A DNA stretch of 64,000 nt from Candidatus Latescibacterota bacterium (GTDB lineage: Bacteria; Latescibacterota; UBA2968): positions 3,008,001 through 3,072,000 of the forward strand of contig OZ240241.1 in NCBI GenBank assembly GCA_965198115.1, read 5' to 3'. The translations under genes and the position numbers were made by a program. Shown piece by piece: positions 28,111 through 37,529 of this stretch; position 1 is the stretch's first letter; the number at the start of each line of letters is the position of its first letter. The notes beneath the pieces were generated by a model that did not search any database, had not been told where the DNA came from, and saw nothing but the letters and a program-made list of their open reading frames with translations.

Positions 28111-30297
28111 CTACCAGACCTTCAGATTGTCATAATAGACGTTCGTCGGCGAGTAACCGTAGAGCCCTGGGCTGCCCTCCTCAAGTGGCAGCGGATCCTC
28201 AGCTTCGATCGTCCACGTTGCGGGCTCTTCGAAACCCGTCCGCCAGACCTTGGCACGGACGATCGCCCGGTCGACCTCCTGGTCGACTCTCACCTTCATT
28301 GTATACCAGGTGTCCTCGTCCCAGGCGAAGTCGACCGTCTTGGCCATGCGCAGGTCAGAAAGCCACGATACGATCTGGAGTCGCTGGTGGTTCCCGAGCA
28401 AGTGTACGATGTAGCGATGGCTTATCAGGCCGACATCCGACCGCACGCGCCGATCACGAGTGCCCTTCACATCTGCCTGAATGGTGTAGCCCGACATCGA
28501 CGGGGCCCCGAAAAACACACTCGATCGGTGCAGCTTGATCGGAGACGGGGGCTTCATCAGGACCCGTCCCTCTCCGGTGTCGATCGCCCTGAATTTTCGG
28601 AATCCCCCGACTAGAAACGACGGCTGGGTCCCCAGCTCGAGCGCCTCGAAGTCTTCGTAGTAAGGCAGCCACGGACTGACGCGGACCCGCGCCGTGGCTT
28701 CGAAGTCGCCGGTGCTGAACGTGACCCGGCCCGTCTGGCCGTTCACATCGGGCGAAACGGTAAAGACACCGTCCCCTTCGACCGTCCCCTTCAATCCCTC
28801 GACCCCCCACTTCCCGGACGCCCCCCACATGTCCTGTCCTCTTTCGTTCACGTAGCGAGCCGCGAACTGAATCCGGTCGCCCGGCAAGGCGTGGATCTCC
28901 GCCGGCCGGATCTGAACGTGCGCAGGGGGAAGCGAACCATCGTAGCTCGACACGCCGGGTCGTCCCGCGTGTCGCTGTATCGATGACGGCGCGGACCCTC
29001 CCAGACAGTAGAGGCCCTCCTCGGTCGTGAAGTAGATGCGTCCGTTCGCGATCGCCGGAGACCCGTAAATCTCGGCGTGTTGACCGGGCGCACGCTCGAT
29101 CCGCTTTCGATCCAACGTGATCGGTTTTTCACCACTCACGTCGACGATCGTAAATCCACCGTTGACCTCGGGCACATAGAGCTTGCCATCGCCGTAGGCG
29201 GCGGACCCTTTTCCCACCGTTCCGACATTGTGCTCCCACAGATGCGAGCCCGTCCGCGTATCTAGGCAATGGACGTTCGCGGAGTTGTCGATCACGTAAA
29301 GCTTGCCATCGTGCAGCACGGGGGATGTATATCCGACCATGTGGTTGTCGAAACGCCAGACCTCGTTCGATCCGGTAATATCCCCCACACCGGCAAGATC
29401 GATCGCAACGACTCGACCGAGGGACGTGTTGTCGATGTTCTCTTCGCTGTGCGATGCGTAGACATACCGGCCGTCAGTCACGGGCGAAGAGTTGATACCT
29501 CGCTGGCTCAGTTTGAAACCCCAGATCTTCCGACCCGTGGCGGCATTGAGTGCGTAGATGGACCCATCGGCATCTCCGACGAGCAGGGCTCGCTGACCGC
29601 CGACCTGGGCGATGACCGGCACCGCATAGGTCGTATCCTTTGGGGGCCCACCCGGTGTCGAAATCCAGACCAGATCTCCTGTCCGCTTGTCGAACGCGAA
29701 GTAGCGATGCCGGGGAATGCCCTGCTTGCCCCAACCGGTGCTGAGGTAACTGATCAGCACGAGATCGCCCTCCACGAACGGCGTGTGTGTGCGCCCACCG
29801 TAGCCCGAAATCCGACCGTATTCCTCCGTGAGGGACTTCGACCAGACGATACGTCCATCGCGGTCGAAGCAGAAAAACAGACCGCCAACCCCGTGGGCAT
29901 AGACGTAGCCAGTCTCTGGATCCGCGGCGGGGCTCGCCCATCCGACCCTGTTGAACGGGATCGTCGTGTGAAAGACGTTGAACGAATGGTCCCAGATCAA
30001 GGCGCCGGTTTCGGCGTCGAAACAGGCCACACGCTCCTGTTCGGTCACGTCCTTCCCTGTCCGGCCGACCACGTAAACGCGCCCATCAAACACCACGGGC
30101 GTCGAACGACCCGTGAAATCCGCTCTCCAGAGAAGACTCTGGCCCTCCGTCGACCAATGGGCCGGGAGCCCCTCTTCGAGCGAGACCCCCGTCAGCAACG
30201 GGCCCCGCCAGCCGGGCCAATCGTCCGCCACCACGCCCCCCGACAGAGCTGAACAGACACCGAGCGCGGCGCACCACATCACGTATATCACCCTCAT
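28111..30297 (-). CDS. PQQ-binding-like beta-propeller with C-terminal Ig-like and beta-sandwich extension
   Basis: Signal peptide, WPGWRGP, W-blades, then ~290 aa of beta-rich sequence ending YYDNLKVW. Start could be up to 30378. Confidence 0.83.
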   Translation of the reverse strand: MRVIYVMWCAALGVCSALSGGVVADDWPGWRGPLLTGVSLEEGLPAHWSTEGQSLLWRADFTGRSTPVVFDGRVYVVGRTGKDVTEQERVACFDAETGALIWDHSFNVFHTTIPFNRVGWASPAADPETGYVYAHGVGGLFFCFDRDGRIVWSKSLTEEYGRISGYGGRTHTPFVEGDLVLISYLSTGWGKQGIPRHRYFAFDKRTGDLVWISTPGGPPKDTTYAVPVIAQVGGQRALLVGDADGSIYALNAATGRKIWGFKLSQRGINSSPVTDGRYVYASHSEENIDNTSLGRVVAIDLAGVGDITGSNEVWRFDNHMVGYTSPVLHDGKLYVIDNSANVHCLDTRTGSHLWEHNVGTVGKGSAAYGDGKLYVPEVNGGFTIVDVSGEKPITLDRKRIERAPGQHAEIYGSPAIANGRIYFTTEEGLYCLGGSAPSSIQRHAGRPGVSSYDGSLPPAHVQIRPAEIHALPGDRIQFAARYVNERGQDMWGASGKWGVEGLKGTVEGDGVFTVSPDVNGQTGRVTFSTGDFEATARVRVSPWLPYYEDFEALELGTQPSFLVGGFRKFRAIDTGEGRVLMKPPSPIKLHRSSVFFGAPSMSGYTIQADVKGTRDRRVRSDVGLISHRYIVHLLGNHQRLQIVSWLSDLRMAKTVDFAWDEDTWYTMKVRVDQEVDRAIVRAKVWRTGFEEPATWTIEAEDPLPLEEGSPGLYGYSPTNVYYDNLKVW

Positions 30298-30638
30298 TTC
30301 GAATCCTTTAAACGGATGGACAACGACCCGGAAAACCTTCAGATAACCTCGAAATCGCATAAATGAATTTGAATGCAATGATATCCAGCAACGAACCCGA
30401 GATCAAGCGAAACCTCGGGCCGAAAGGTCGGACCGCAATCAAACTAATATATTGTTTTTAAATGTCTTATTCGATCGAATTCCGATACCGTAACGCCCCG
30501 ATGGGCCGACTCCCGCCTTTTCTCTTGACACTCACGGGGAGCCACGCGATACTTGAAATCTGTCTGAGAGGGGTCGAGGCCCCCTGTCCGATGACCTGTC
30601 TACATCCGACAACACCGGGCCGACGATCAGGAGGCCAG

Positions 30639-30998
30639 TTGGGTCGTATCCTCATCATGGAAGACGACGAAGCCATCCGCCTTGCCCTGAGAAAGGCCCT
30701 GACCAACGCGGGCCACGAGGTGCAGGAGGCCGGCGATGGGGCGGAGGGTGCGAAGCTCTACCGCGAGATTCCGCCACCCGACCTGATCATCACCGACATC
30801 CTCATGCCCGATCAGGATGGCTTCGAGGCCCTGCTCGACCTGAAGAACATCCTGCCCGGTGTCAAGATCATCGTTATATCCGGCAACGCGCAGGAATTCC
30901 TTCCCATCGCACGCGACCTGGGTGCCCACAAAACGTTCGCCAAGCCCTTCAAGAGTCAGGAAATCCTGTCCGCCGTCGACGACCTCCTCGCCTCCTGA
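30639..30998 (+). CDS. Single-domain response regulator (CheY-like)
   Basis: RBS AGGAGG before TTG; ILIMEDD, TDILMPDQDG, KPF. Confidence 0.9.
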   Translation: MGRILIMEDDEAIRLALRKALTNAGHEVQEAGDGAEGAKLYREIPPPDLIITDILMPDQDGFEALLDLKNILPGVKIIVISGNAQEFLPIARDLGAHKTFAKPFKSQEILSAVDDLLAS

Positions 30999-31074
30999 CC
31001 CATCTCGACGGATGGGATGTTTACCCGTTCCATTCCGCAAAGACTGACGTAGGTTACCTCTCGGCTTTCCCGTT

Positions 31075-32433
31075 ATGCGACTGATCACACTCGACACCCT
31101 CGAAGAGGGGATGCAGGCCGGTCAGGATATCCGGGACGAGCACGACCGGCTCCTGCTCGGGCGCGGCGCTTCCATCAAGGGGGCGTACATTACCCGTCTG
31201 CAAAAGATGGGGATGCCCGCGCTCTACGTGATGGAAGAGGACACATCGGACATCACCTTGCCCGATGTCATCAAACCGGCCGCCAGGTCCCGTGCTATCA
31301 GCAATCTCACGCAGACATTCAACGCCGTCGAAAAGTCGATCGAAGGTTTTACCCAGAGTTCGCTCGGCGAAGCGCAGGAGCACGTCCGCTCCAAGCGCTT
31401 CATGGACACCTTCAAATCGGCGGACAGGAAAGACGGGCTCGAACAGATCGTGGGCGACGTCGACACCCTCATCGAGCAACTGATGGAAAAGGATGTCGTT
31501 GTAGGGCTCAACTCCATCAAGCTCCACGACAACTACACGTTCCAGCATTCCATCGACGTCACCATTATGGCCATCTTGCTCGCACGCAAAATCGGCTGGG
31601 ACAAAGAGCGACTCAAAACCTTCGGCGTCGGCTGCATCCTGCACGACATCGGTAAGATCTTCATCGAAAAGACGATCCTGAACAAGCCAGACCGTCTGAC
31701 CGAGGACGAATATGAGGTCATGAAAGCCCATCCCACGATGGGCTACGACTTGGTCAAGACTATCACTCCCGGGCTCGGGTATCTGATTCCTCACGTGGCT
31801 TTCCAGCACCACGAACGACAGGACGGGTCGGGCTATCCACGCGGATTGACCGGGGACAACACGCTCGGCAAGAACGAGAAAAACACGATCCACGAGTTCG
31901 GCGCCGTGGCAGCTGTTGCCGATATCTACGACATCCGACCGTCCCTATCGAGCAGGATGGCCGCCCGACCGGGTCAATGACCTGATTCGTGAGTTGAGCT
32001 CAACCCACCTCAACAGCCGCGTCGTCGACGTCTTCCTCAGAACCGTCGCCCCTACCCCATCGGAACCTCAGTCGAGATCGTGAGCGACGAACACAAAGGC
32101 TACCAAGGGGTCGTGGCCGACGTCGACGATTCTCGCCTAGATAGACCCAAGATCCGCCTCCTGTTCGACGAAACGGGTGAACGAATCGGCGCCATCGATC
32201 TCGACTTGCGTGAGCGGGAGGACGTCCAAGTTGTTTCGGTGCGGGGTCCTGAGCCTGAAATGGAGCCTCTCGGCAGCTCGACTGTCTCATCCTCCACCCA
32301 ACCGGCGCAAGAACAGACGCCAGTCGGCGAAGAAGAAGCCGACGAAATCGAATTCATCGACGCCGGAGACGAGGAAGTCGACGACGATGACGAGATCGAG
32401 TTCATCAACTTGGACGATGAGGAAGACGCGTAG
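31075..32433 (+). pseudogene. HD-GYP cyclic dinucleotide phosphodiesterase, frameshifted twice, with acidic tail
   Basis: HSIDV, LHDIGK, HHERQDGSGYPRGL. After IYD (~31930) the protein continues in another frame (SDRPYRAGW...VFLRTVA), then in a third (YPIGTSVEIV...) to the stop at 32433. Confidence 0.85.
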
Positions 32434-32592
32434 TTCCCTTCATCCATCAAACCTGTCTCGATCGGCCCACCTTCGATCTTCAACCCGCCAAACACCGTCC
32501 TCCCAGACCATCACCGCAAGCCGTGGTCCTAAAATCGTCCCCGTCCCACAAGAACGAACTACCAGCTTCTTTCCGTTTAGACAGCAAATCTG

Positions 32593-33969
32593 TCAGCGTC
32601 CCCGCTTCAATCGCACGACGACTTCCACGTGTACAGTCTGTGGAAACATGTCGACCGGCTGCACGGCCGTGACCCCGTAGCCTTCTCGCCGAAACCTCTG
32701 GACGTCACGCGCGAGCGTCACCGGGTTGCACGAGACGTATACGATGCGTCTCGGCGAGTGGGCGATCACGCGACCGACCACGTCGTGCTCGATGCCTGCG
32801 CGTGGGGGATTGATCGTGAAAACATCCACAGGGCCATCGACCGAGGCTCCCCACACCTCTCCGCCTGCGTCGTCACAGCAGATCTCACAGCCTGCGATTC
32901 CGTTCAGCTCGACATTGCGACGGGCATCCTCCACCGCGGTCTGCGAGACTTCGACCCCCACGACGGAGGCCCCCGCCTTCGCGCAGAGCATGCTCAGGAC
33001 ACCAACGCCGCAATAGAGATCCACGACACTGGAACCGGGTACGACACCAGCCTGGCCAACCGCGACCTCGTAGAGTCGCTCGGACTGAATCGGGTTGACC
33101 TGCGTGAACGTCTGGGGTGACAGTTGAAGCTCGAGCCCCGAACGCACGTCCCTCAGTCGGTCTTTCCCAGCGATCACCCGTTGATCTCTGGGAGGGGCGT
33201 GGCGTGACCGTTTGCGGTTGACGTGGACGATCACATTCGTTCCGTCGCCGCCTCCCGTAACGAGTCTACAGATAGGTGTTTGGCCGAAGAGACCACGAGG
33301 GTCACCATCGTTTCATTGCCCGATTCGCGGACGACGAGCCCCCGGAGGACCCCCGTCCGTCGTGACTCATCGTAAGGCCGAAGCCGCGTCGCACCGAGAA
33401 CACGCCCGATGCGTCGTCGGGTTTCATTCGCTTCGACGGACTGCAGCTGGCAATCTTCGACGGGAAATACTCCGGCTTCGTCAGCCCGATGAAGACCGGG
33501 ATAGGTCGTGCCATCCGGCGCCGCACCGAAGGCGTAGTCCACACGATCTCGATACCGTAGCTCGACCGGAGATGGCAGCACGTCCGGAACGTCGACCCGT
33601 ACCCCCCCTGTCCTCGAGTGCGGAAACGACCATCTCTCTCTTGAGCCGCAGCTGATCGGCATAGTCGAGGACCTGCCATTGACATCCACCGCATATGGCA
33701 GCGTGGGAACACGGTGGTTCTCGTCGAACAACACCGAATCGAACCGTTTCAACGATCTCCGCGTGGGCCCCCGTATCCCCGACCTTCACCGGACCCAGAC
33801 GAACCACGTCGCCAGGAAGTCCCCCCGGAACGTAGACCCGTCTCCCGTCATCCAACACATACCCCAGCCCTCCGGGCACGATACCCACCACGTTGGCTGT
33901 CCCGGTGCGTCCATCTTGTTCGCGCTTTTGGTCTAGCTTATCTTGCACCGTTCTTCTCACGTGATTCAT
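32593..33969 (-). pseudogene. rlmD: 23S rRNA (uracil-C5)-methyltransferase RlmD/RumA, frameshifted
   Basis: Pieces in three frames: CSHAAICGGCQWQ Fe-S motif; YRDRVDY...EDCQLQ; FTQVN, DLYCGVG, PPRAG, YVSCNPVTLARD, DMFPQTVHVE. Confidence 0.87.
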
Positions 33970-33985
33970 CTGAACTGGAACAAAG

Positions 33986-34495
33986 ATGCCTCATCACATT
34001 TTTCTCGTGGATGACGAAGAAGCCGTCCGACTCATTCTGAACGACCTGTTCGAGAGCCGGGGCTACCGAATCTCGCAGGCAGTCGACGGGGCGGAGGCGC
34101 TCGAAAAGCTCAAAAGCACGAAAACAGAAGACGCGCCGGACCTGATTCTCGCCGACTACCAAATGCCCAACCTGAACGGGGTCGACTTCCTGATCGCCGC
34201 TCACGACATCTGCCCCGAGGCCATCCGCATCCTCCTCACCGCTCACGGTGACCTCGAAGTGGCTGTCAACGCCATCAACGATGCCCGAGTTTACAAGTTC
34301 ATCACAAAGCCGTGGAACAACCGCGATCTGCTCATCACGGTTCAGCGTGCGCTCGAGCACTACGACTTGATTCGCGAAAACCGCGCATTCGCCGATATGT
34401 TGGAGATGATGGTCGAAGAAAGCTCCGAAGAAATGGGTCGTCTACGCGAAGCACTCATAGAAATGGCGGCCAGAATACGCGGCCTCATCGATTAA
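33986..34495 (+). CDS. Response regulator receiver protein with C-terminal coiled coil
   Basis: LVDDE, ADYQMPNLNG, ILLTAHGD, FITKPW. Confidence 0.9.
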   Translation: MPHHIFLVDDEEAVRLILNDLFESRGYRISQAVDGAEALEKLKSTKTEDAPDLILADYQMPNLNGVDFLIAAHDICPEAIRILLTAHGDLEVAVNAINDARVYKFITKPWNNRDLLITVQRALEHYDLIRENRAFADMLEMMVEESSEEMGRLREALIEMAARIRGLID

Positions 34496-34577
34496 TCGCC
34501 TCTCGATTCCTTCCACCCACTAATTCCTCGCATCAGCCGCGCTAAAGCTTTCCCGTCTCCTGCCGATGGTACCAATA

Positions 34578-34837
34578 GGACTAGACCCAAACGGACGTCG
34601 TAAACCCGTTCGTCTCGGTCGGGAGCGGCAGAAAGCTCGAGACGAACCCTTCCCCAAGGCGGTGATGCGCTATGCTAAACCCGGTCACCTCCCTCACGAA
34701 CCGGGTGGAAGAGCGAGAACGCGGTCGGGATCGATCGAAACGTCGTGTACCCAAACGCAATAGGGACGACGACGAAAAGCATCCGCACGAAGAGCATCGT
34801 GGGGACCACGTCGACCTGACAGCCTGAACTTCTGCCA
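34578..34837 (+). ncRNA. Candidate structured non-coding RNA (unassigned)
   Basis: Gap between convergent genes with many nested helices, two possible pseudoknots and a downstream terminator (see findings). Strand is inferred from the terminator. Confidence 0.45.
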
Positions 34838-34844
34838 TAAGAAT

Positions 34845-34877
34845 CGGCCCGTCTGTTTCAGACGGGCCGTTTCGTTT
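34845..34877 (+). terminator. Intrinsic terminator-like hairpin
   Basis: CGGCCCGTCTG-TTT-CAGACGGGCCG (11-bp stem) followed by TTTCGTTT. Confidence 0.7.
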
Positions 34878-36040
34878 CATCCCCGTACCTCATCATACAG
34901 TCCTTCCAGCGCCGCCGCTTGTTTCCCGAGATCGTGATACGATTCTACGTGCGCTCGACCGGCAACCGCGAGACGCTCGGGCAGGGTGTCGTCTTTCGCG
35001 ATGCTACAGAGTGCATCGGAGAGCGCGTCGACGTCTCGCTCCTCCGTCAGGAGACTGCACGTGCCGTCAGGCGCCACGAAAGGGATGTCGGCGTGTCGGG
35101 TGCTCACGATCGGCGTGCCGCACGCCATCGCTTCCAGGAGCGCGACGGGTGCGCCACCCTCCGTGTCCCCATCGCTGGCGGTCACACTTGGATACAGAAG
35201 GACTCCGCACGTCTTCAGGAAACGAATCGCGGCATCGTGCGTGAGTGCGCCGTGAAATCGAACACGGCCCGCGATTCCCAAACGCCCCACCTCGGCCTCT
35301 ATGTCACCCCTCAGGGGACCATCACCCACCAATTCCAGCGTGATGTCCCGGTCATCCTTGAACGCACGCGCGAATGCCTGCACGCCGTAGGTGTGGCCCT
35401 TCTTCTCCCGAAAGGACGCATACATCAGGACCCGCTCGAAGGACCTGGAGGCCGGCGACACGTAGTCGAGTTTCGCCAGATCGGTCCCGAGCCGGTGTAC
35501 GCGGATTCGCGACCCGGGACATCCCAGCCGCTCGATGCGATCGGCCATGGCAGGCCCCTCGGCCAGGAAGAGATCGCCACGATCGAAGAGTGTCCTCAGA
35601 CGCCTTTTCCATAGCGGGATCCCGGGCAATGACGATGCGTCGAAGCCGTAGAAGGTCGTCACGATCGGAATCCTCGCATCGGCTGCCGCCGAAAGACACC
35701 GAAATCCCTCGTGGCCGTGGTGGGCGTGTGCGACGACCGCATCCTCACGCCGCATTACGTCGCCATAGCCCTGGTGCTGACCGCTGATCTTCCTTCTTAG
35801 ACGATGCCAGCCACGTCGCAGAGGATGAACGGCCGACAGATCGTAGACGGCCTCGAACGGAAACAGCGTCTCATTCTGAACCGTCTGTGTGAGAACGATC
35901 GGACGATACCGTCGCAGGCTGCGAACCTGATCGTAAAGCCAGACCGTCGTCAGCTCGAGAAACGGATCTGCACAGTGCGCGACGACCGGACTACGTTCGG
36001 CGGCAAAGTCGAGGGTCTGATCGGATTCGATCGTGTCCAA
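34877..36040 (-). CDS. Glycosyltransferase family 4 (WcaL-like)
   Basis: TTFYGFD, FREKKG, PSVTASDGDTEGGAPVALLEAMACG. Start uncertain. Confidence 0.88.
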   Translation of the reverse strand: MDTIESDQTLDFAAERSPVVAHCADPFLELTTVWLYDQVRSLRRYRPIVLTQTVQNETLFPFEAVYDLSAVHPLRRGWHRLRRKISGQHQGYGDVMRREDAVVAHAHHGHEGFRCLSAAADARIPIVTTFYGFDASSLPGIPLWKRRLRTLFDRGDLFLAEGPAMADRIERLGCPGSRIRVHRLGTDLAKLDYVSPASRSFERVLMYASFREKKGHTYGVQAFARAFKDDRDITLELVGDGPLRGDIEAEVGRLGIAGRVRFHGALTHDAAIRFLKTCGVLLYPSVTASDGDTEGGAPVALLEAMACGTPIVSTRHADIPFVAPDGTCSLLTEERDVDALSDALCSIAKDDTLPERLAVAGRAHVESYHDLGKQAAALEGLYDEVRG

Positions 36041-36054
36041 GGAGGCAAAGAAAA

Positions 36055-37474
36055 GGCTCTATCCGGGTTTCTCAACGGTGAAACTATAGAATGACAAGGT
36101 CATAGATCGTTCCCTACGCTTGGTTGTGTGTGTAGGACAATCAAAGCGAAGGGGGTGCGACCTATGACCGGGAGCAGATTACTATCGAAACTGCTGAGAT
36201 TCAAGGGGTTCCGTGTTGTCAGCTGGTGGTTTGAGGGGAGAAGCTGCTTCGTCATCGCCGTAAAGCCACATAAGAATGGTTGTTGTTGTCCGGAGTTCGG
36301 CCGTCGAGGTAAAATCGTCCGCACAATGCCCCATCCGCGTCGGTGGCGTGACATTCCGGTGTGCGGGTGGAGGGTCTGGCTTCTCTACCATCCTCGGGAG
36401 ATTCGGTGTCCTACCCACGGTCGTGTGGTCGAGGAGATTCCGTGGGCGGAGCGGTTCTCTCGGGTGACGTATCGCTTCGAGTATGCCATGCTGCGCTACT
36501 GCCAGACCATGACGCAGAAGGCGGCGTCCGAGTTACTGCGCATCTCTGCCTCGACGCTGTCGGATCTCCTTCACCGATCCATCACGCGGCTTCGTGAAGG
36601 TCATCGTATCCGAGGGCTCAAAACCATCGGGATCGACGAGATCTCCTACGCCAAGCGTCACAGGTACGCCACGCTCGTTTACGATCTGGACCGCTCCTGC
36701 GTGGTGTGGGTTGGCCGCGGCAGGGCGCGTAAAACGATCGATCGGTTCTTCACAGAGGCTCTCAGTCCCTACCAGAGATCCAAGATCGAGTGGGCCTGCT
36801 GCGACATGAGCGAAGCTTACATCGGAGCCATCCAGGAACACTGTCCGAATGCCAAGCTGGTCCTCGATCGCTTTCACATCGTCAAGGCTCTCAATGCCGC
36901 CGTTGACGAGGTCCGTAAGGACCAGTGGCGTAAAGCTGCCCCGGATGAGCGCAAAGCCATGAAGGGCCTCCGATGGCTCCTCTACCGGCACTCAGCGACA
37001 CGCTCCAGAGGGGATACTCGGACACTCAAAGCACTGGAGAAGGCGAACTACCGAATCTATAGAGCCTGGAGACTCAAGGACGAGTTCGAGCAGTTCTGGG
37101 AATACAAAGCGCCCTGGGCTGCCGAACGCTTCCTGAAATGCTGGACGACGTCCGCACTCAGAAGTCGACTTGAACCCCTGCGAAAGTTCGTCAGGACCCT
37201 GCGACAGCACTTCTTCGGCGTCCTCGCATTCGTGAACACGCGTCTTACCAACGCCATCGCCGAAGGCCTCAACCGAATCGTCCAAATCGTCAAGAACCGA
37301 GCCAGCGGATTCCGCACACTCGACGCATTCAACGATATGATCTTCCTTACCGTCGGAGACATAAACATCCCTGAGCAGATTCCGAAGAGGTTCCGCACAC
37401 TCTAACCGCGCCCCCATGCCAGGAACCACGGCACCTTCACCCACTTCAGCTCGTTGAGAGATCCGGATATAGCC
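36055..37474 (+). mobile_element. ISL3-family insertion sequence, copy 1
   Basis: IRs GGCTCTATCCGGGTTTCTCAACG / GGCTATATCCGGATCTCTCAACG (rc). 8-bp TSD AAAGAAAA at 36047-36054 and 37475-37482. Confidence 0.95.
36164..37405 (+). CDS. ISL3-family transposase
   Basis: GIDEISY, CCDMSEAY, LDRFHIVK, TNAIAEGLN. The zinc-finger CxxC reads CPEF here (CPEC in copy 2). Confidence 0.92.
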   Translation: MTGSRLLSKLLRFKGFRVVSWWFEGRSCFVIAVKPHKNGCCCPEFGRRGKIVRTMPHPRRWRDIPVCGWRVWLLYHPREIRCPTHGRVVEEIPWAERFSRVTYRFEYAMLRYCQTMTQKAASELLRISASTLSDLLHRSITRLREGHRIRGLKTIGIDEISYAKRHRYATLVYDLDRSCVVWVGRGRARKTIDRFFTEALSPYQRSKIEWACCDMSEAYIGAIQEHCPNAKLVLDRFHIVKALNAAVDEVRKDQWRKAAPDERKAMKGLRWLLYRHSATRSRGDTRTLKALEKANYRIYRAWRLKDEFEQFWEYKAPWAAERFLKCWTTSALRSRLEPLRKFVRTLRQHFFGVLAFVNTRLTNAIAEGLNRIVQIVKNRASGFRTLDAFNDMIFLTVGDINIPEQIPKRFRTL

Positions 37475-37479
37475 AAAGA

Positions 37480-37514
37480 AAAACGGCCTTTCGAAAGGTT
37501 CGACAGGCCGTTTT
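37480..37514 (-). terminator. Intrinsic terminator of the 37530-37835 gene (possibly bidirectional)
   Basis: AAAACGGCCT...AGGCCGTTTT inverted repeat, 16 nt after the stop. Confidence 0.7.
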
Positions 37515-37529
37515 GGAAAGTGATGTGCG

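Noticed and set aside
30396-30440. c-di-GMP-I riboswitch (GCGAAACC...GAAA...CGCAA resemblance, near an HD-GYP gene)
   Set aside because: The P2 stem and the downstream P3/P1 elements do not fit the consensus. Kept only as an unassigned hairpin pair.
34578-34837. tmRNA, RNase P, SRP or 6S identity, or a small CDS (34566-34763, 34581-34880)
   Set aside because: No tRNA-like ends or tag peptide, no GAGGAAAGUCC, no SRP GGAA loop motif, and not a simple rod. The ORFs lack an RBS and protein-like composition.
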